DNA of 49,287 bases from Desulfobacterales bacterium (GTDB taxonomy: Bacteria > Desulfobacterota > Desulfobacteria > Desulfobacterales > JAOZSB01): assembly GCA_029939895.1 (NCBI GenBank), contig JAOZSB010000001.1, positions 1 through 49,287 on the forward strand. Reading direction: 5' to 3'. The first letter of the stretch is position 1. The number at the start of each line of letters is the position of its first letter. The notes beneath the pieces are model-generated. The model was not told where the DNA came from. It ran no database searches and saw only the letters and a program-made list of their open reading frames with translations. The position numbers and the translations under genes are program-made. Positions 18,197 to 27,989 of this stretch are shown in pieces.

Positions 18197-19315
18197 ATGA
18201 AAGCAGAAACCAGTAGATGGCATTACGATCTAAACCTGTTATTCCCGGCGTTGTTGCTGGTGGGGATAGGTATCGTGATGGTCTACAGTGCAAGCTCTGC
18301 TATTGCTCTGAAGCGTTATGGCACTGATATATATTTTGTGAAGAAGCAGGCACTGTATGCAATCATAGGGCTTGTCGCACTTATTACCATGAGGCAGATA
18401 CCTTATAAATTGTTCAAAATAATGGCTTACCCGCTCTTGTTTGGAACAATAGGACTTCTTCTGGTATTGAAATTTTCAGGACTTGGAATAACAGCAGGCG
18501 GAGCGCAAAGATGGATACGGGTTGCTGGGTTTTCATTTCAACCTGCGGAGTTTGCAAAATTTGCCTTGATTGTTTATCTGTCGGATTCCATGAGCAGAAA
18601 AGGCGAAAAGCTAAAGGATTTTTATATAGGTTTTGTTCCACATTTAATGGTGCTTGGAGTACTTTGTTTTTTAGTAATGCTTCAGCCGGATTTTGGTTCA
18701 GCAGTAATCCTGTTTGCGATAGCGTGGATTATGATGTTTATAGGAGGCGTAAGGATAAAGCATCTTGCAGTGGCGCTTTTGCCGGTTCTGCCTGCAATAT
18801 ATTTTGTTGGAATTACTGCCGAGTACAGGCTGAAAAGAATAATCAGTTTTCTGGATCCCTGGAAATATCATACAAACGAAGGGTACCAGATTGTTCATTC
18901 TCTTATGGCATTTGGAACAGGCGGGATATGGGGAACAGGCATTGGCAGAGGGTATCAGAAACTTTTTTATCTTCCAGAGCCGCACACTGATTTTATAATT
19001 TCAGTAATCGGAGAAGAGCTTGGGCTTGTGGGAGTAATTATTATACTTGCACTATTTAGCGTTGTGATCTGGAGGGGAATTATTATCGCAAAAAAAGTTA
19101 AAGACCCATTTGGCGCATATCTGGCAACGGGGATAACGGTTATGATAGCCCTTGGTGTCTGCGTCAACATAATGGTTGCAACAGGGATGCTGCCGACAAA
19201 GGGGCTGACACTTCCTTTGTTGAGCTATGGCGGAACATCACTTTTAATTAACATGGCCGCAATAGGTATACTCCTCAATATCGAGGCGGGGGCAGGGTTT
19301 GAAAGCAAAGGGTAG
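18197..19315 (+). CDS. ftsW: SEDS-family peptidoglycan polymerase FtsW
   Basis: Polytopic protein with QPAEFAKF and PEPHTDFI SEDS motifs. Located between murD and murG. Confidence 0.92.
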   Translation: MKAETSRWHYDLNLLFPALLLVGIGIVMVYSASSAIALKRYGTDIYFVKKQALYAIIGLVALITMRQIPYKLFKIMAYPLLFGTIGLLLVLKFSGLGITAGGAQRWIRVAGFSFQPAEFAKFALIVYLSDSMSRKGEKLKDFYIGFVPHLMVLGVLCFLVMLQPDFGSAVILFAIAWIMMFIGGVRIKHLAVALLPVLPAIYFVGITAEYRLKRIISFLDPWKYHTNEGYQIVHSLMAFGTGGIWGTGIGRGYQKLFYLPEPHTDFIISVIGEELGLVGVIIILALFSVVIWRGIIIAKKVKDPFGAYLATGITVMIALGVCVNIMVATGMLPTKGLTLPLLSYGGTSLLINMAAIGILLNIEAGAGFESKG

Positions 19316-20408
19316 CCAAGGGAGACTGCGAGTGATAGTAGCTGGTGGAGGAACAGGCGGACATCTTTTTCCGGGCATTGCAATTGCCCAGGAGTTTTTG
19401 GCAAAGGAGCCAGAAACTCAAGCCCTGTTTGTAAGCACTGGCAACCCTATGGAAAAAAAAGCACTTGCAGCAGCAGGATTTGAGCTCAGGACTATCCCGG
19501 CTGCCGGACTGAAAGGAAAAGGATTGGGCCAGAAGATAAAAGCATTTTTTAAACTTCCAATAGGGATTTTAAAATCGATAAGCATAATGCTGAGTTTCAG
19601 GCCAAATATTGTTATAGGAGTAGGCGGGTATTCATCAGGCCCGGTTGTACTTGCAGCATGGCTTACTTGCAGAAAAACAGTACTGCATGAACAAAACATT
19701 TTGCCGGGTATTACCAATAAGATTTTGAGCCGGTTTGTAAAAAAAGTATTTGTATCATTTGCAAACACTTCAAAGGGGCTTTCGGAAAGAAAAATGATAT
19801 TGACTGGAAATCCAGTCAGGAAAGAAATTCTTGAATATAGCGGAGATGAAGCTAAAAAATTAAAAGGCTTAACGGTTCTGGTAATTGGCGGTAGCCAGGG
19901 CGCAAAGGCAATAAATAAAGCAGTTTGTGGCTCGCTTGCATCATTGGAAGAAAAAAAAGATTACTATTTTATACATCAAACAGGCGCAAATGAAGTTGAA
20001 GCTGTAAGAGAAGAATATAAGAAAAATGGTGTGGAAGGACGTGTTGAGGAGTTTTTTACGGATATGGCACCACTTTACAAAAAATGTGATTTGATGATTT
20101 GCAGGGCAGGGGCGACAACGGTTGCAGAAGTAACTGCCCTTGGAAAGGGAGTAATATTTATTCCTTTTCCTTATGCTGCTGATAATCACCAGGTGCTTAA
20201 TGCTAAAACCATGGAGGATCGTGGCGCAGCCGAGATGATTGAGGAGCGTGATTTAACAGATGAGTTGCTCGCAGGCCGTTTAAATTATTTCAGCAGAAAT
20301 CGAGATGCATTAAAAAAAATGGAAGAGCAGTCTATGCTGATGGGAAAACCTGATGCAGGCGAAATGATAGTTAATGAAAGCATGAAATTATTAAAGAGAA
20401 GTAATTAA
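19299..20408 (+). CDS. murG: Lipid II synthase MurG (UDP-GlcNAc transferase)
   Basis: GGTGGHLFP N-terminal motif and GT28 C-terminal half. The start overlaps the ftsW end by 17 nt, so the exact start is uncertain. Confidence 0.92.
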   Translation: MKAKGSQGRLRVIVAGGGTGGHLFPGIAIAQEFLAKEPETQALFVSTGNPMEKKALAAAGFELRTIPAAGLKGKGLGQKIKAFFKLPIGILKSISIMLSFRPNIVIGVGGYSSGPVVLAAWLTCRKTVLHEQNILPGITNKILSRFVKKVFVSFANTSKGLSERKMILTGNPVRKEILEYSGDEAKKLKGLTVLVIGGSQGAKAINKAVCGSLASLEEKKDYYFIHQTGANEVEAVREEYKKNGVEGRVEEFFTDMAPLYKKCDLMICRAGATTVAEVTALGKGVIFIPFPYAADNHQVLNAKTMEDRGAAEMIEERDLTDELLAGRLNYFSRNRDALKKMEEQSMLMGKPDAGEMIVNESMKLLKRSN

Positions 20409-21779
20409 ATGTACAGAAAAAAATATCACATACACTTTGTAGGGATCGGCGGAATCGGAATGAGCGGAATCGCAGAACTGCTCCTGAACCTGGGATACAG
20501 AGTTTCTGGCAGTGATATGCGATCTTCTGATATTACAAGAAGGCTGGCAAGCCTTGGCGGAACAATATATGAAAACCACAGTGCCGATGCCATTGAAGGA
20601 GCCGATGTTGTTGTTAAGTCAACTGCTGTAAAGGATGATAACCCTGAGATATGTGCTGCAATTAAAAAATCAGTGCCTGTAATACCACGCGCAGAAATGC
20701 TGGCAGAGCTTATGCGATTGAAGTACAGCGTCGCAGTTGCAGGATCACATGGAAAGACAACAACAACATCTATAGTATCTTCGGTGCTTCATAAGGGTGA
20801 GCTTGATCCAACGGTAGTAATCGGCGGAAAATTAAAAAGCCTGGGAACCAATGCAGTGCTTGGAAGCGGTGAATACATTGTTGCAGAAGCAGATGAGAGT
20901 GATGGCTCGTTTTTAAAATTTTCTCCATCAATCGCAGTTGTGACAAATATTGACGCAGAGCACCTGGACTTTTACAAGGATCTGGAAGAGATAAAAAAAG
21001 TATTTATCAATTTTATTGACAGGATTCCATTTTATGGAACCGCTGTCCTGTGCCTTGATAACGGGCCTGTGCAGGAAATTTTGCCAAGTATAAAAAAGAG
21101 ATTCATCACCTATGGAACAACACCACAGGCAGATCTCCAGGCAAAGGACATCAGCTTTGATGAGATGAGATCAAGATACAGTGTGTATTACCATGGAGAA
21201 GCACTTGGAGATATTGTTCTGAATCTTCCTGGCAAGCACAATGTATATAACTCGCTGGCAAGCATTGGGGTAGGCCTTGAACTCGGCATAGATTTTGATG
21301 TGATAAAATCTGCGCTTGAGTCGATAGATGGTGTACAGAGAAGGCTTGAGATAAAGTGGGAGAAGAACAAAATAACGTGCATAGATGATTACGGTCATCA
21401 TCCAACGGAGATCGTAGCAACACTGGGTGCCTTGACAGACAGTTGGCCGGAAAGAAGAAAAATTGTAGTATTTCAGCCACACAGGTATTCAAGGACACAG
21501 GCACTTTATGATGATTTTACCAAAGCTTTTTATATGTCTGACAAGCTTGTAGTGCTTCCAGTTTATGCAGCAGGAGAGCAGGCGATAAAAGAAGTAGAAG
21601 GTGATGTGCTTGCAAAGGGAATCGCTGCCCATGGACACAAGAGCGTTGTCTACATGAAAGATTTCAATGAAGCAGGGGAGTATTTAAAGGACGTTCTTAA
21701 AGAGGATGATCTGATACTGACCCTGGGAGCTGGCGACGTATATAAAATAGGAGATGAACTGCTGGAAAGGATCTGGTAA
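20409..21779 (+). CDS. murC: UDP-N-acetylmuramate--L-alanine ligase MurC
   Basis: FVGIGGIGMSGIAE and AGSHGKTTTTS motifs. Confidence 0.95.
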   Translation: MYRKKYHIHFVGIGGIGMSGIAELLLNLGYRVSGSDMRSSDITRRLASLGGTIYENHSADAIEGADVVVKSTAVKDDNPEICAAIKKSVPVIPRAEMLAELMRLKYSVAVAGSHGKTTTTSIVSSVLHKGELDPTVVIGGKLKSLGTNAVLGSGEYIVAEADESDGSFLKFSPSIAVVTNIDAEHLDFYKDLEEIKKVFINFIDRIPFYGTAVLCLDNGPVQEILPSIKKRFITYGTTPQADLQAKDISFDEMRSRYSVYYHGEALGDIVLNLPGKHNVYNSLASIGVGLELGIDFDVIKSALESIDGVQRRLEIKWEKNKITCIDDYGHHPTEIVATLGALTDSWPERRKIVVFQPHRYSRTQALYDDFTKAFYMSDKLVVLPVYAAGEQAIKEVEGDVLAKGIAAHGHKSVVYMKDFNEAGEYLKDVLKEDDLILTLGAGDVYKIGDELLERIW

Positions 21780-22720
21780 TGGCATCAGGCGAAAACATAA
21801 GCAAATGGCTCATGGAAACAACGCATGGTAAAGTGCGTTTTAATGAGCCTATGTCTAAGCATACATCCTTTAAAATCGGTGGGCCAGCCGAAGCTTATGT
21901 TGAACCAAGAAGTATTGAAGAACTAAAATTATTACTTGCCGGAATCAGGGAGCGGGGACTTGAATGTACAGTTATTGGGCGTGGGACAAATCTTCTTGTC
22001 AGGGATAATGGTATTAAAGGTGTAGTAATCGCCCTGGTAAAAGGAATAAATAAATTTAGTATTGAAGAAGAAAATGAAGATCAGACAATGCTCAAGGTCA
22101 TGGCAGGGGCAAATTTGCAGGCAACCTGCAAGTTTGCTGCAAAAAAAGGGCTTGAAGGTATGAATTTCGGTTTTGGAATTCCCGGAACAGTCGGTGGAAG
22201 TGTTGCCATGAATGCTGGTACGTCCCTGGGAGAAACAAAGGATTACTTACATTCTGTCCGAATAATTGACGACAAGGGGCAGGAGCAGGTTTTAGATGCT
22301 GCGGAGATTGATTTTTCATACAGGAATCTCAATTGGGGAAAAGAAAAAAAAGATTGCAGCCCGATTATTATTGAGGCTGGTTTTTTACTTATAAATGGCG
22401 ACCCTGACAAGCTCTGGAAAGAAGCATGGGAGCTATTGAGATACAGGAAAGAAAAGCAGCCGGTTGCATTGCCAAGTGCAGGATGTTTTTTTAAAAATCC
22501 AGAGCCGGGTGTTTCAGCAGGCGAGCTTATAGACAGAGCAGGGTTGAAGGGAAAAATGGCAGGTGGTGCCATGATATCTGACAAACATGCGAATTTTATC
22601 ATCAACGCTGGAAAGGCCGTGGCATTAGATGTTCTTGAGCTCATGAAGATAGCACAGGAAAGAGTTTATGAGCTTTTTGATGTGAGCCTTTCGCCGGAGG
22701 TGAAAATTGTCGGCTATTAG
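21779..22720 (+). CDS. murB: UDP-N-acetylenolpyruvoylglucosamine reductase MurB
   Basis: FAD-binding TSFKIGGPAE and GRGTNLLV motifs, with C-terminal SAGCFFKNP. Confidence 0.93.
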   Translation: MASGENISKWLMETTHGKVRFNEPMSKHTSFKIGGPAEAYVEPRSIEELKLLLAGIRERGLECTVIGRGTNLLVRDNGIKGVVIALVKGINKFSIEEENEDQTMLKVMAGANLQATCKFAAKKGLEGMNFGFGIPGTVGGSVAMNAGTSLGETKDYLHSVRIIDDKGQEQVLDAAEIDFSYRNLNWGKEKKDCSPIIIEAGFLLINGDPDKLWKEAWELLRYRKEKQPVALPSAGCFFKNPEPGVSAGELIDRAGLKGKMAGGAMISDKHANFIINAGKAVALDVLELMKIAQERVYELFDVSLSPEVKIVGY

Positions 22721-23570
22721 AAGAAACACAAAAGTAAGAACAAATCGTTACAGGAAGAAGACAGCTTCCAGGCGAAATAAAAATTATGGAGGAGTTCTTG
22801 CCTTTGTAAAATTTTGCGGCAGCATTATCGTTGTTGCAGCCATGAGTACGGCTTTTATTTTTAGTTATGATATTTTGACTCAGTGCGATTACTTTCGTGC
22901 AAAAGCTATTGAAGTAGAAGGTACGAAACTACTTTCAATGGAAGAAGTAATTGAAACATCGGGTGTCAATGTAGGAGATAATATATTTCTGGTTAATCTT
23001 ATGCACGTGCGCAAAAGACTGTTAAGTCATCCCTGGATATCAGAAGCAGAGGTGATCAGAGAGTTGCCGGATGGTTTTTCATTTGTAGTAAGAGAGCACC
23101 AGCCTTTGGCTGTTATTGATCTTGAGCGAAAATTCCTGATCAATAAAAAGGGTGAAATATTTAAGGAAGTAAAAGATAATGAAGGAGAAAGTTTACCGAT
23201 AGTAAAAGGTTTGAATTATTCTGACTTAAAGGTTTCCGGCAGTACGGAATCAAGAATTTATGGAGCAGTAATGGATGTGCTCAAGTTTACTGCTGAACCG
23301 GGAAGTGCGATTTATGGCAAGGGGCTTGGAACAATAAAGGTTGACAGGGAGATGGGCCTTTCGATTTGCTCCTTTAGCAATATCGGTGAAATTAACCTTG
23401 GGTTTGATAATTATTTCAGCAAATTAAATCGTCTAAAAAATGTTCTTTTTTTTGTAAAAAGGAACTCTGAATATGAACGAGTTGATTCTATAGATTTAAA
23501 CAACCTGGACAAAATAGTAGTAAGGCCGGTATTCACAGGGCAAATGGCTTCTGAAGGCAAGGAGGTGTAA
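22707..23570 (+). CDS. ftsQ: Cell division protein FtsQ (TM plus POTRA)
   Basis: Basic N-terminus, one TM segment, and POTRA-like IEVEGTKLLSMEEV. Lies between murB and ftsA. Confidence 0.82.
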   Translation: MSAIRRNTKVRTNRYRKKTASRRNKNYGGVLAFVKFCGSIIVVAAMSTAFIFSYDILTQCDYFRAKAIEVEGTKLLSMEEVIETSGVNVGDNIFLVNLMHVRKRLLSHPWISEAEVIRELPDGFSFVVREHQPLAVIDLERKFLINKKGEIFKEVKDNEGESLPIVKGLNYSDLKVSGSTESRIYGAVMDVLKFTAEPGSAIYGKGLGTIKVDREMGLSICSFSNIGEINLGFDNYFSKLNRLKNVLFFVKRNSEYERVDSIDLNNLDKIVVRPVFTGQMASEGKEV

Positions 23571-23571
23571 G

Positions 23572-24798
23572 GTGCAAGGAAACGAAAATATTATAGTCGG
23601 TCTCGACATCGGCACGACAAAGATCTGCGCTGTTGTGGGAGAAGTGAACAACGGTGAGGTTAATGTCATCGGGATAGGCACACATCCGTCCATTGGCCTG
23701 AGAAAAGGGGTAGTTGTAAATATTGAATCGACTGTCGAATCAATTAAGAAGGCAGTTGAAGAAGCTGAGCTAATGGCGGGTTGTGAAATAACAACGGTTT
23801 ATGCAGGGATTGCCGGTGGGCATATAACCGGTTTTAATTCCCACGGTGTTATTGCAGTAAAGGGTCAGGAGATCACAGAAAGTGATGTTGAGCGTGTGAT
23901 TGAGGCTGCAAGGGCCGTTGCCATACCTTTGGACAGAGAAGTACTTCATGTTCTGCCGCAGGAATACATTGTTGATGAAGACAGCGGAATCCAGAACCCG
24001 GTGGGCATGGCTGGTGTGAGGCTGGAAGCAAAGATACATATTGTTACAGGTGCAGTTACTTCTGTTCATAATATAGTAAAGTGTTGCAGCCGTGCTGGTC
24101 TTGATGTCTGCGATATTGTGCTGGAGTCTCTTGCATCGGGTGAGTCTGTGTTGAGCAGTGAAGAAAAAGAGCTTGGGACGGCACTTCTTGATATGGGCGG
24201 CGGGACAACGGATCTTGCAATATTTTTTGGGCATCACATCAAGCATACATACGTTTTGGCTCTTGGCGGAAACAATCTTACCAATGATATAGCCGTAGGT
24301 GTGCGTGCGCCGCTTGCAGAGGCAGAGAAGATAAAGAAGAAGTATGGAACATGTCTGGGAAGAAATATCCCGGCTGATGAAACCATTGAGGTTCCCGGCA
24401 TGGGTGGAAGAAAACCTCGAAAGCTTCCCCGGCAGATTCTGGGTGAGATCCTTGAACCGAGGATGGAGGAGATATTTACACTTATTAAAAGTGAATTGTA
24501 CAGGGCAGGAATGGAGAATGTAATTACTGCCGGTATGGTAATAACAGGTGGAACAGCATTACTTGATGGTGCAGCAGAGATAGCAGAGTCAGTGCTGGAT
24601 CAGCCGACAAGATTAGGCAAGCCCATGAGTATTACTGGGCTTGTTGATGTAGTAAACAATCCCATGTACTCAACGGCTGTGGGCCTTGTGATCTATGGGG
24701 CAAAGAATCAGTCAGACAGAAGTTTCAGGATAAAAGAGGGAAGTGTTTTAAACAGAATAATAAGCAGAATGAAAAAATGGTTTAAAGATGTAATTTAA
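23572..24798 (+). CDS. ftsA: Cell division protein FtsA
   Basis: GTG start. Actin-fold phosphate-1 motif GLDIGTTKICAVV and DMGGGTTD. C-terminal amphipathic helix (MKKWFKDVI). Confidence 0.95.
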   Translation: MQGNENIIVGLDIGTTKICAVVGEVNNGEVNVIGIGTHPSIGLRKGVVVNIESTVESIKKAVEEAELMAGCEITTVYAGIAGGHITGFNSHGVIAVKGQEITESDVERVIEAARAVAIPLDREVLHVLPQEYIVDEDSGIQNPVGMAGVRLEAKIHIVTGAVTSVHNIVKCCSRAGLDVCDIVLESLASGESVLSSEEKELGTALLDMGGGTTDLAIFFGHHIKHTYVLALGGNNLTNDIAVGVRAPLAEAEKIKKKYGTCLGRNIPADETIEVPGMGGRKPRKLPRQILGEILEPRMEEIFTLIKSELYRAGMENVITAGMVITGGTALLDGAAEIAESVLDQPTRLGKPMSITGLVDVVNNPMYSTAVGLVIYGAKNQSDRSFRIKEGSVLNRIISRMKKWFKDVI

Positions 24799-24856
24799 TT
24801 TGGGGTGTATTTTAATAACGTATTAACTCATGAAGTAAAACAAAGAGGAGGGGGAA

Positions 24857-26050
24857 ATGTCATTTAGTTATGTGGAAAGCCAGAAGCCGGCGAGGATTAA
24901 AGTTATCGGTGTTGGAGGCGGTGGTGGAAATGCTGTGAACAACATGATTGTCTCAAATCTTGAGGGAGTCAAGTTTATGGCTGCAAACACTGATGCCCAG
25001 GCTCTTGAGGATTCAAAGGCTCCGATCAAGATTCAGCTTGGCGAGACAAAAACCGAAGGGCTCGGAGCAGGAGCAGACCCGGACATCGGGAGAGAGGCTG
25101 CCGAGGAAAACAGAGAAGAAATCAAGAGTGCTCTTGAAGACAGTCACATGGTCTTTATTGCTGCTGGATGCGGTGGCGGAACAGGCACCGGCGCAGCGCC
25201 TGTGGTGGCAGAAATCTGTAAAGAGATTGACGCATTGACGGTTGCTGTTGTTACAAAGCCGTTTTCCTTTGAGGGAAAAAGGCGCATGAAAAAGGCTGAG
25301 GAAGGAATTGCAAGGCTCAGGGAAGTAGCGGATACTGTCATAATTATTCCCAATGACAGGCTCAGAGGGCTTGCACCCAAAAATGCCAGAATGATTGACA
25401 TGTTTATGAAGGCAGATGAAGTGCTGCATCATTCTGTAAAGGGCATCACAGATCTTATTATGAAGCCGGGTCTTATCAACTGTGACTTTGCTGATGTTCG
25501 TACAACAATGTCAAATGCAGGCATGGCAATTATGGGAATTGGTACTGCAACTGGAGAGAACAGGGCGATTGAGGCTGCTGACAGAGCTGTTTCACATCCG
25601 CTGCTGGAAGATATTTCAATTGCAGGTGCAGGGGCCGTACTTGTAAACATCACCGGTACTATTGATATTACCCTTGAGGAAGTGACTCAGGCTTCTGACA
25701 AGATTTACGATGAAGTTGGTGAAGATGCTGACATCATCTGGGGTACTTCAATTGATGAAGCAATGGGCGATCATCTTTCTGTGACAGTTATAGCAACTGG
25801 AATAGGAGGCAAAGCCGAACAGAGGGTTGAATCCATAGTGCCGACTCCCAAGAGAGATGCGGGCTTGAGAGGCGTGGTGCGTGATTTGACTCCTGATGAT
25901 ATGGACAATGTAACTGATTTTGACGTGCCGACTTTTTCAAGGCCAAAGCAGGCAGTAAATCAGTCTGAAACAAGTCCGGCTTACAGAGGGATGATAATTG
26001 ACAGAGACAATTTGGATGTTCCGACATTTTTAAGAAGGAAAGCTGATTAG
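24857..26050 (+). CDS. ftsZ: Cell division GTPase FtsZ
   Basis: GVGGGGGNAVN and the tubulin signature GGGTGTGAAPV. C-terminal conserved peptide DVPTFLRRK. Confidence 0.97.
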   Translation: MSFSYVESQKPARIKVIGVGGGGGNAVNNMIVSNLEGVKFMAANTDAQALEDSKAPIKIQLGETKTEGLGAGADPDIGREAAEENREEIKSALEDSHMVFIAAGCGGGTGTGAAPVVAEICKEIDALTVAVVTKPFSFEGKRRMKKAEEGIARLREVADTVIIIPNDRLRGLAPKNARMIDMFMKADEVLHHSVKGITDLIMKPGLINCDFADVRTTMSNAGMAIMGIGTATGENRAIEAADRAVSHPLLEDISIAGAGAVLVNITGTIDITLEEVTQASDKIYDEVGEDADIIWGTSIDEAMGDHLSVTVIATGIGGKAEQRVESIVPTPKRDAGLRGVVRDLTPDDMDNVTDFDVPTFSRPKQAVNQSETSPAYRGMIIDRDNLDVPTFLRRKAD

Positions 26051-26106
26051 GGATTTGTCGATGTATTGCGGCAAAGGGCGTAAATAAAAAATGAACGGAC
26101 GGCTAT

Positions 26107-27816
26107 ATGCCGAAGCCAGAGGATCGTATTGTCAGGGAAAATGGAGGTGTAATCAAGGATTTCAGGACACGCCTGAAAATTGTCCTTGTTTACCCGAATA
26201 CCTACCATGTAGGAATGTCGAACCTTGGGTTTCAGGCAGTTTATCGTTTATTTAATAATGAAGAAGACGTGCTTTGCGAAAGGGCTTTTGCGGAAAAAGG
26301 TACTGGCCCGGTAAGGAGTGTGGAATCAGGAAGACTTCTTACGGATTTTGACATAATCGCCTTTTCCATTTCATTTGAAAACGATTATCCCAATGTTGTT
26401 GAAACAATAAAAAGAACAGGTCTACCCCTGGCCTCAGAGGATAGGAGAACCCCCTCCCCCCTCTTACTGGCCGGGGGGGTAGCCTGTTTTATGAACCCCG
26501 AACCCCTGGCTTTATTTTTTGATGCTTTTTTTTTAGGGGAAGCAGAAAACTCAGCAGGGCTTTTAGCAAAACATGCAGACCATACCGGGAATCGTGATAA
26601 AGCTCTGGAACAACTGGCAGGTAATGTTCCAGGGATTTATGTTCCCAGGTTCTATAACCCTGAATATAATTCCGATTCAACTCTTGGTTCTTTTAAATTA
26701 AATGACAACAGAGTTTCTTATCTACAAAAATCAGACAAAAAAGCATCGGGTCAAAAGAAACAAGGGTTGGCTGATGTTGATCAGGTTAAAAGAGTTTACA
26801 CGCAGGATTTAAAAGAAACCTCAACAAAAAGCAGTATCATAACACCCGACACAGCGTTTGCATCAACGTGTCTGGTGGAAGTTGGCCGAGGTTGCCCCTA
26901 TGGATGCAGGTTTTGCAGTACAGGATATGTTTACAGGCCGGTTCGTCTGCGTCCCGGTGCAAAGCTGCTTGAGGACTTTTCTGATGCTGCATTACAGACA
27001 AAAAAGATAGGTGTTGTCGGCACAACAGTTACCGAAGCATTAAAGGACACAAGTTTTATAGATGAGATGACCAGGCTTGTGGAAGAAAAGGGTGTGAATT
27101 TTTCCTTTAGTTCCCTGCGGGCCGATGCCTTGAATCCAGGAATTGTGGGACTTTTAAAGAAATGTAACACAAAAACAGCCACGATAGCACCAGAAGCAGG
27201 ATCATCTCGAATGCGGCGTGTTATAAGAAAAAATTTAACAGAAGAGCAGATACTCACAGCGGCTGAAATGCTTGTCGCCGGAGGAATCCCGAATTTAAAA
27301 CTATATTTTATGGTTGGTCTTCCCACGGAATGTGATGATGATATTGACGCAATAATAAATTTATGCAGGCGTATACGGGAAGTATTTCTTGAGGCAAGCA
27401 GAAAAAAGGGGCGAATCGGTTCGATAACCGTGAGCGTCAATGGTTTTGTACCAAAGCCTTCGACACCTTTTCAATGGGCTGGAATGGATTCAGAAAAGAT
27501 TTTAAAAGCGAAATTTAAAAAGATAAAAAAAGAGTTGAGACCAGTGCCAAACATGAAGGTTAACAGTGATGTGACAAGAATGGCTTATTTGCAGGGTGTT
27601 TTTTCAAGGAGCGACAGAAGGGCGGGCAGTTTGCTGATTGCAGGGATGGAAAACAACTGGAACTGGCCTAAAACCTTTAAAGAATCAGAAATCAGCCCGA
27701 ATTTCTTTGCTTTGAGAAAAAGAAACGATGATGAACTTTTTCCATGGGACTTTATAGATCATGGAATTACAAAGGAGTACTTGCGAAAAGAGTACGAAAA
27801 ATCTAAAAGTAGTTAG
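26107..27816 (+). CDS. Uncharacterised radical SAM protein with an N-terminal B12-binding-like domain (resembles the TIGR03960-type family)
   Basis: CxxxCxxC cluster motif CPYGCRFCSTGY. N-terminus VLVYPNTYHVGMSNLGFQAVY is typical of that family as I recall it. 569 aa. Confidence 0.8.
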   Translation: MPKPEDRIVRENGGVIKDFRTRLKIVLVYPNTYHVGMSNLGFQAVYRLFNNEEDVLCERAFAEKGTGPVRSVESGRLLTDFDIIAFSISFENDYPNVVETIKRTGLPLASEDRRTPSPLLLAGGVACFMNPEPLALFFDAFFLGEAENSAGLLAKHADHTGNRDKALEQLAGNVPGIYVPRFYNPEYNSDSTLGSFKLNDNRVSYLQKSDKKASGQKKQGLADVDQVKRVYTQDLKETSTKSSIITPDTAFASTCLVEVGRGCPYGCRFCSTGYVYRPVRLRPGAKLLEDFSDAALQTKKIGVVGTTVTEALKDTSFIDEMTRLVEEKGVNFSFSSLRADALNPGIVGLLKKCNTKTATIAPEAGSSRMRRVIRKNLTEEQILTAAEMLVAGGIPNLKLYFMVGLPTECDDDIDAIINLCRRIREVFLEASRKKGRIGSITVSVNGFVPKPSTPFQWAGMDSEKILKAKFKKIKKELRPVPNMKVNSDVTRMAYLQGVFSRSDRRAGSLLIAGMENNWNWPKTFKESEISPNFFALRKRNDDELFPWDFIDHGITKEYLRKEYEKSKSS

Positions 27817-27884
27817 TGTAATCATAAAATAATGCTTGAAAGATTTTTCATTTCGATGGTATATGTATTAGGTTCATATAATAG

Positions 27885-27912
27885 TTGAAAAATATTTGTT
27901 CTTAGATATAAA
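27885..27912 (+). promoter_or_regulatory. Candidate sigma70 promoter copy 1 (TTGAAA-N16-TATAAA)
   Basis: Hexamers at 27885-27890 and 27907-27912, inside repeat copy 1. Confidence 0.45.
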
Positions 27913-27917
27913 AATAG

Positions 27918-27945
27918 TTGAAAAATATTTGTTCTTAAATATAAA
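27918..27945 (+). promoter_or_regulatory. Candidate sigma70 promoter copy 2 (TTGAAA-N16-TATAAA)
   Basis: Hexamers at 27918-27923 and 27940-27945, inside repeat copy 2. Lies 45 nt upstream of the ATG at 27990. Confidence 0.45.
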
Positions 27946-27989
27946 AAAAATTTATAAAACTTAACATGAAATCGATTCGTGAGGTGGAA

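Larger units (their letters stand above)
27881..27946 (+). repeat. Tandem 33-bp direct repeat (two copies, 24-nt exact core ATAGTTGAAAAATATTTGTTCTTA)
   Basis: Core copies at 27881-27904 and 27914-27937, read directly. Confidence 0.9.
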
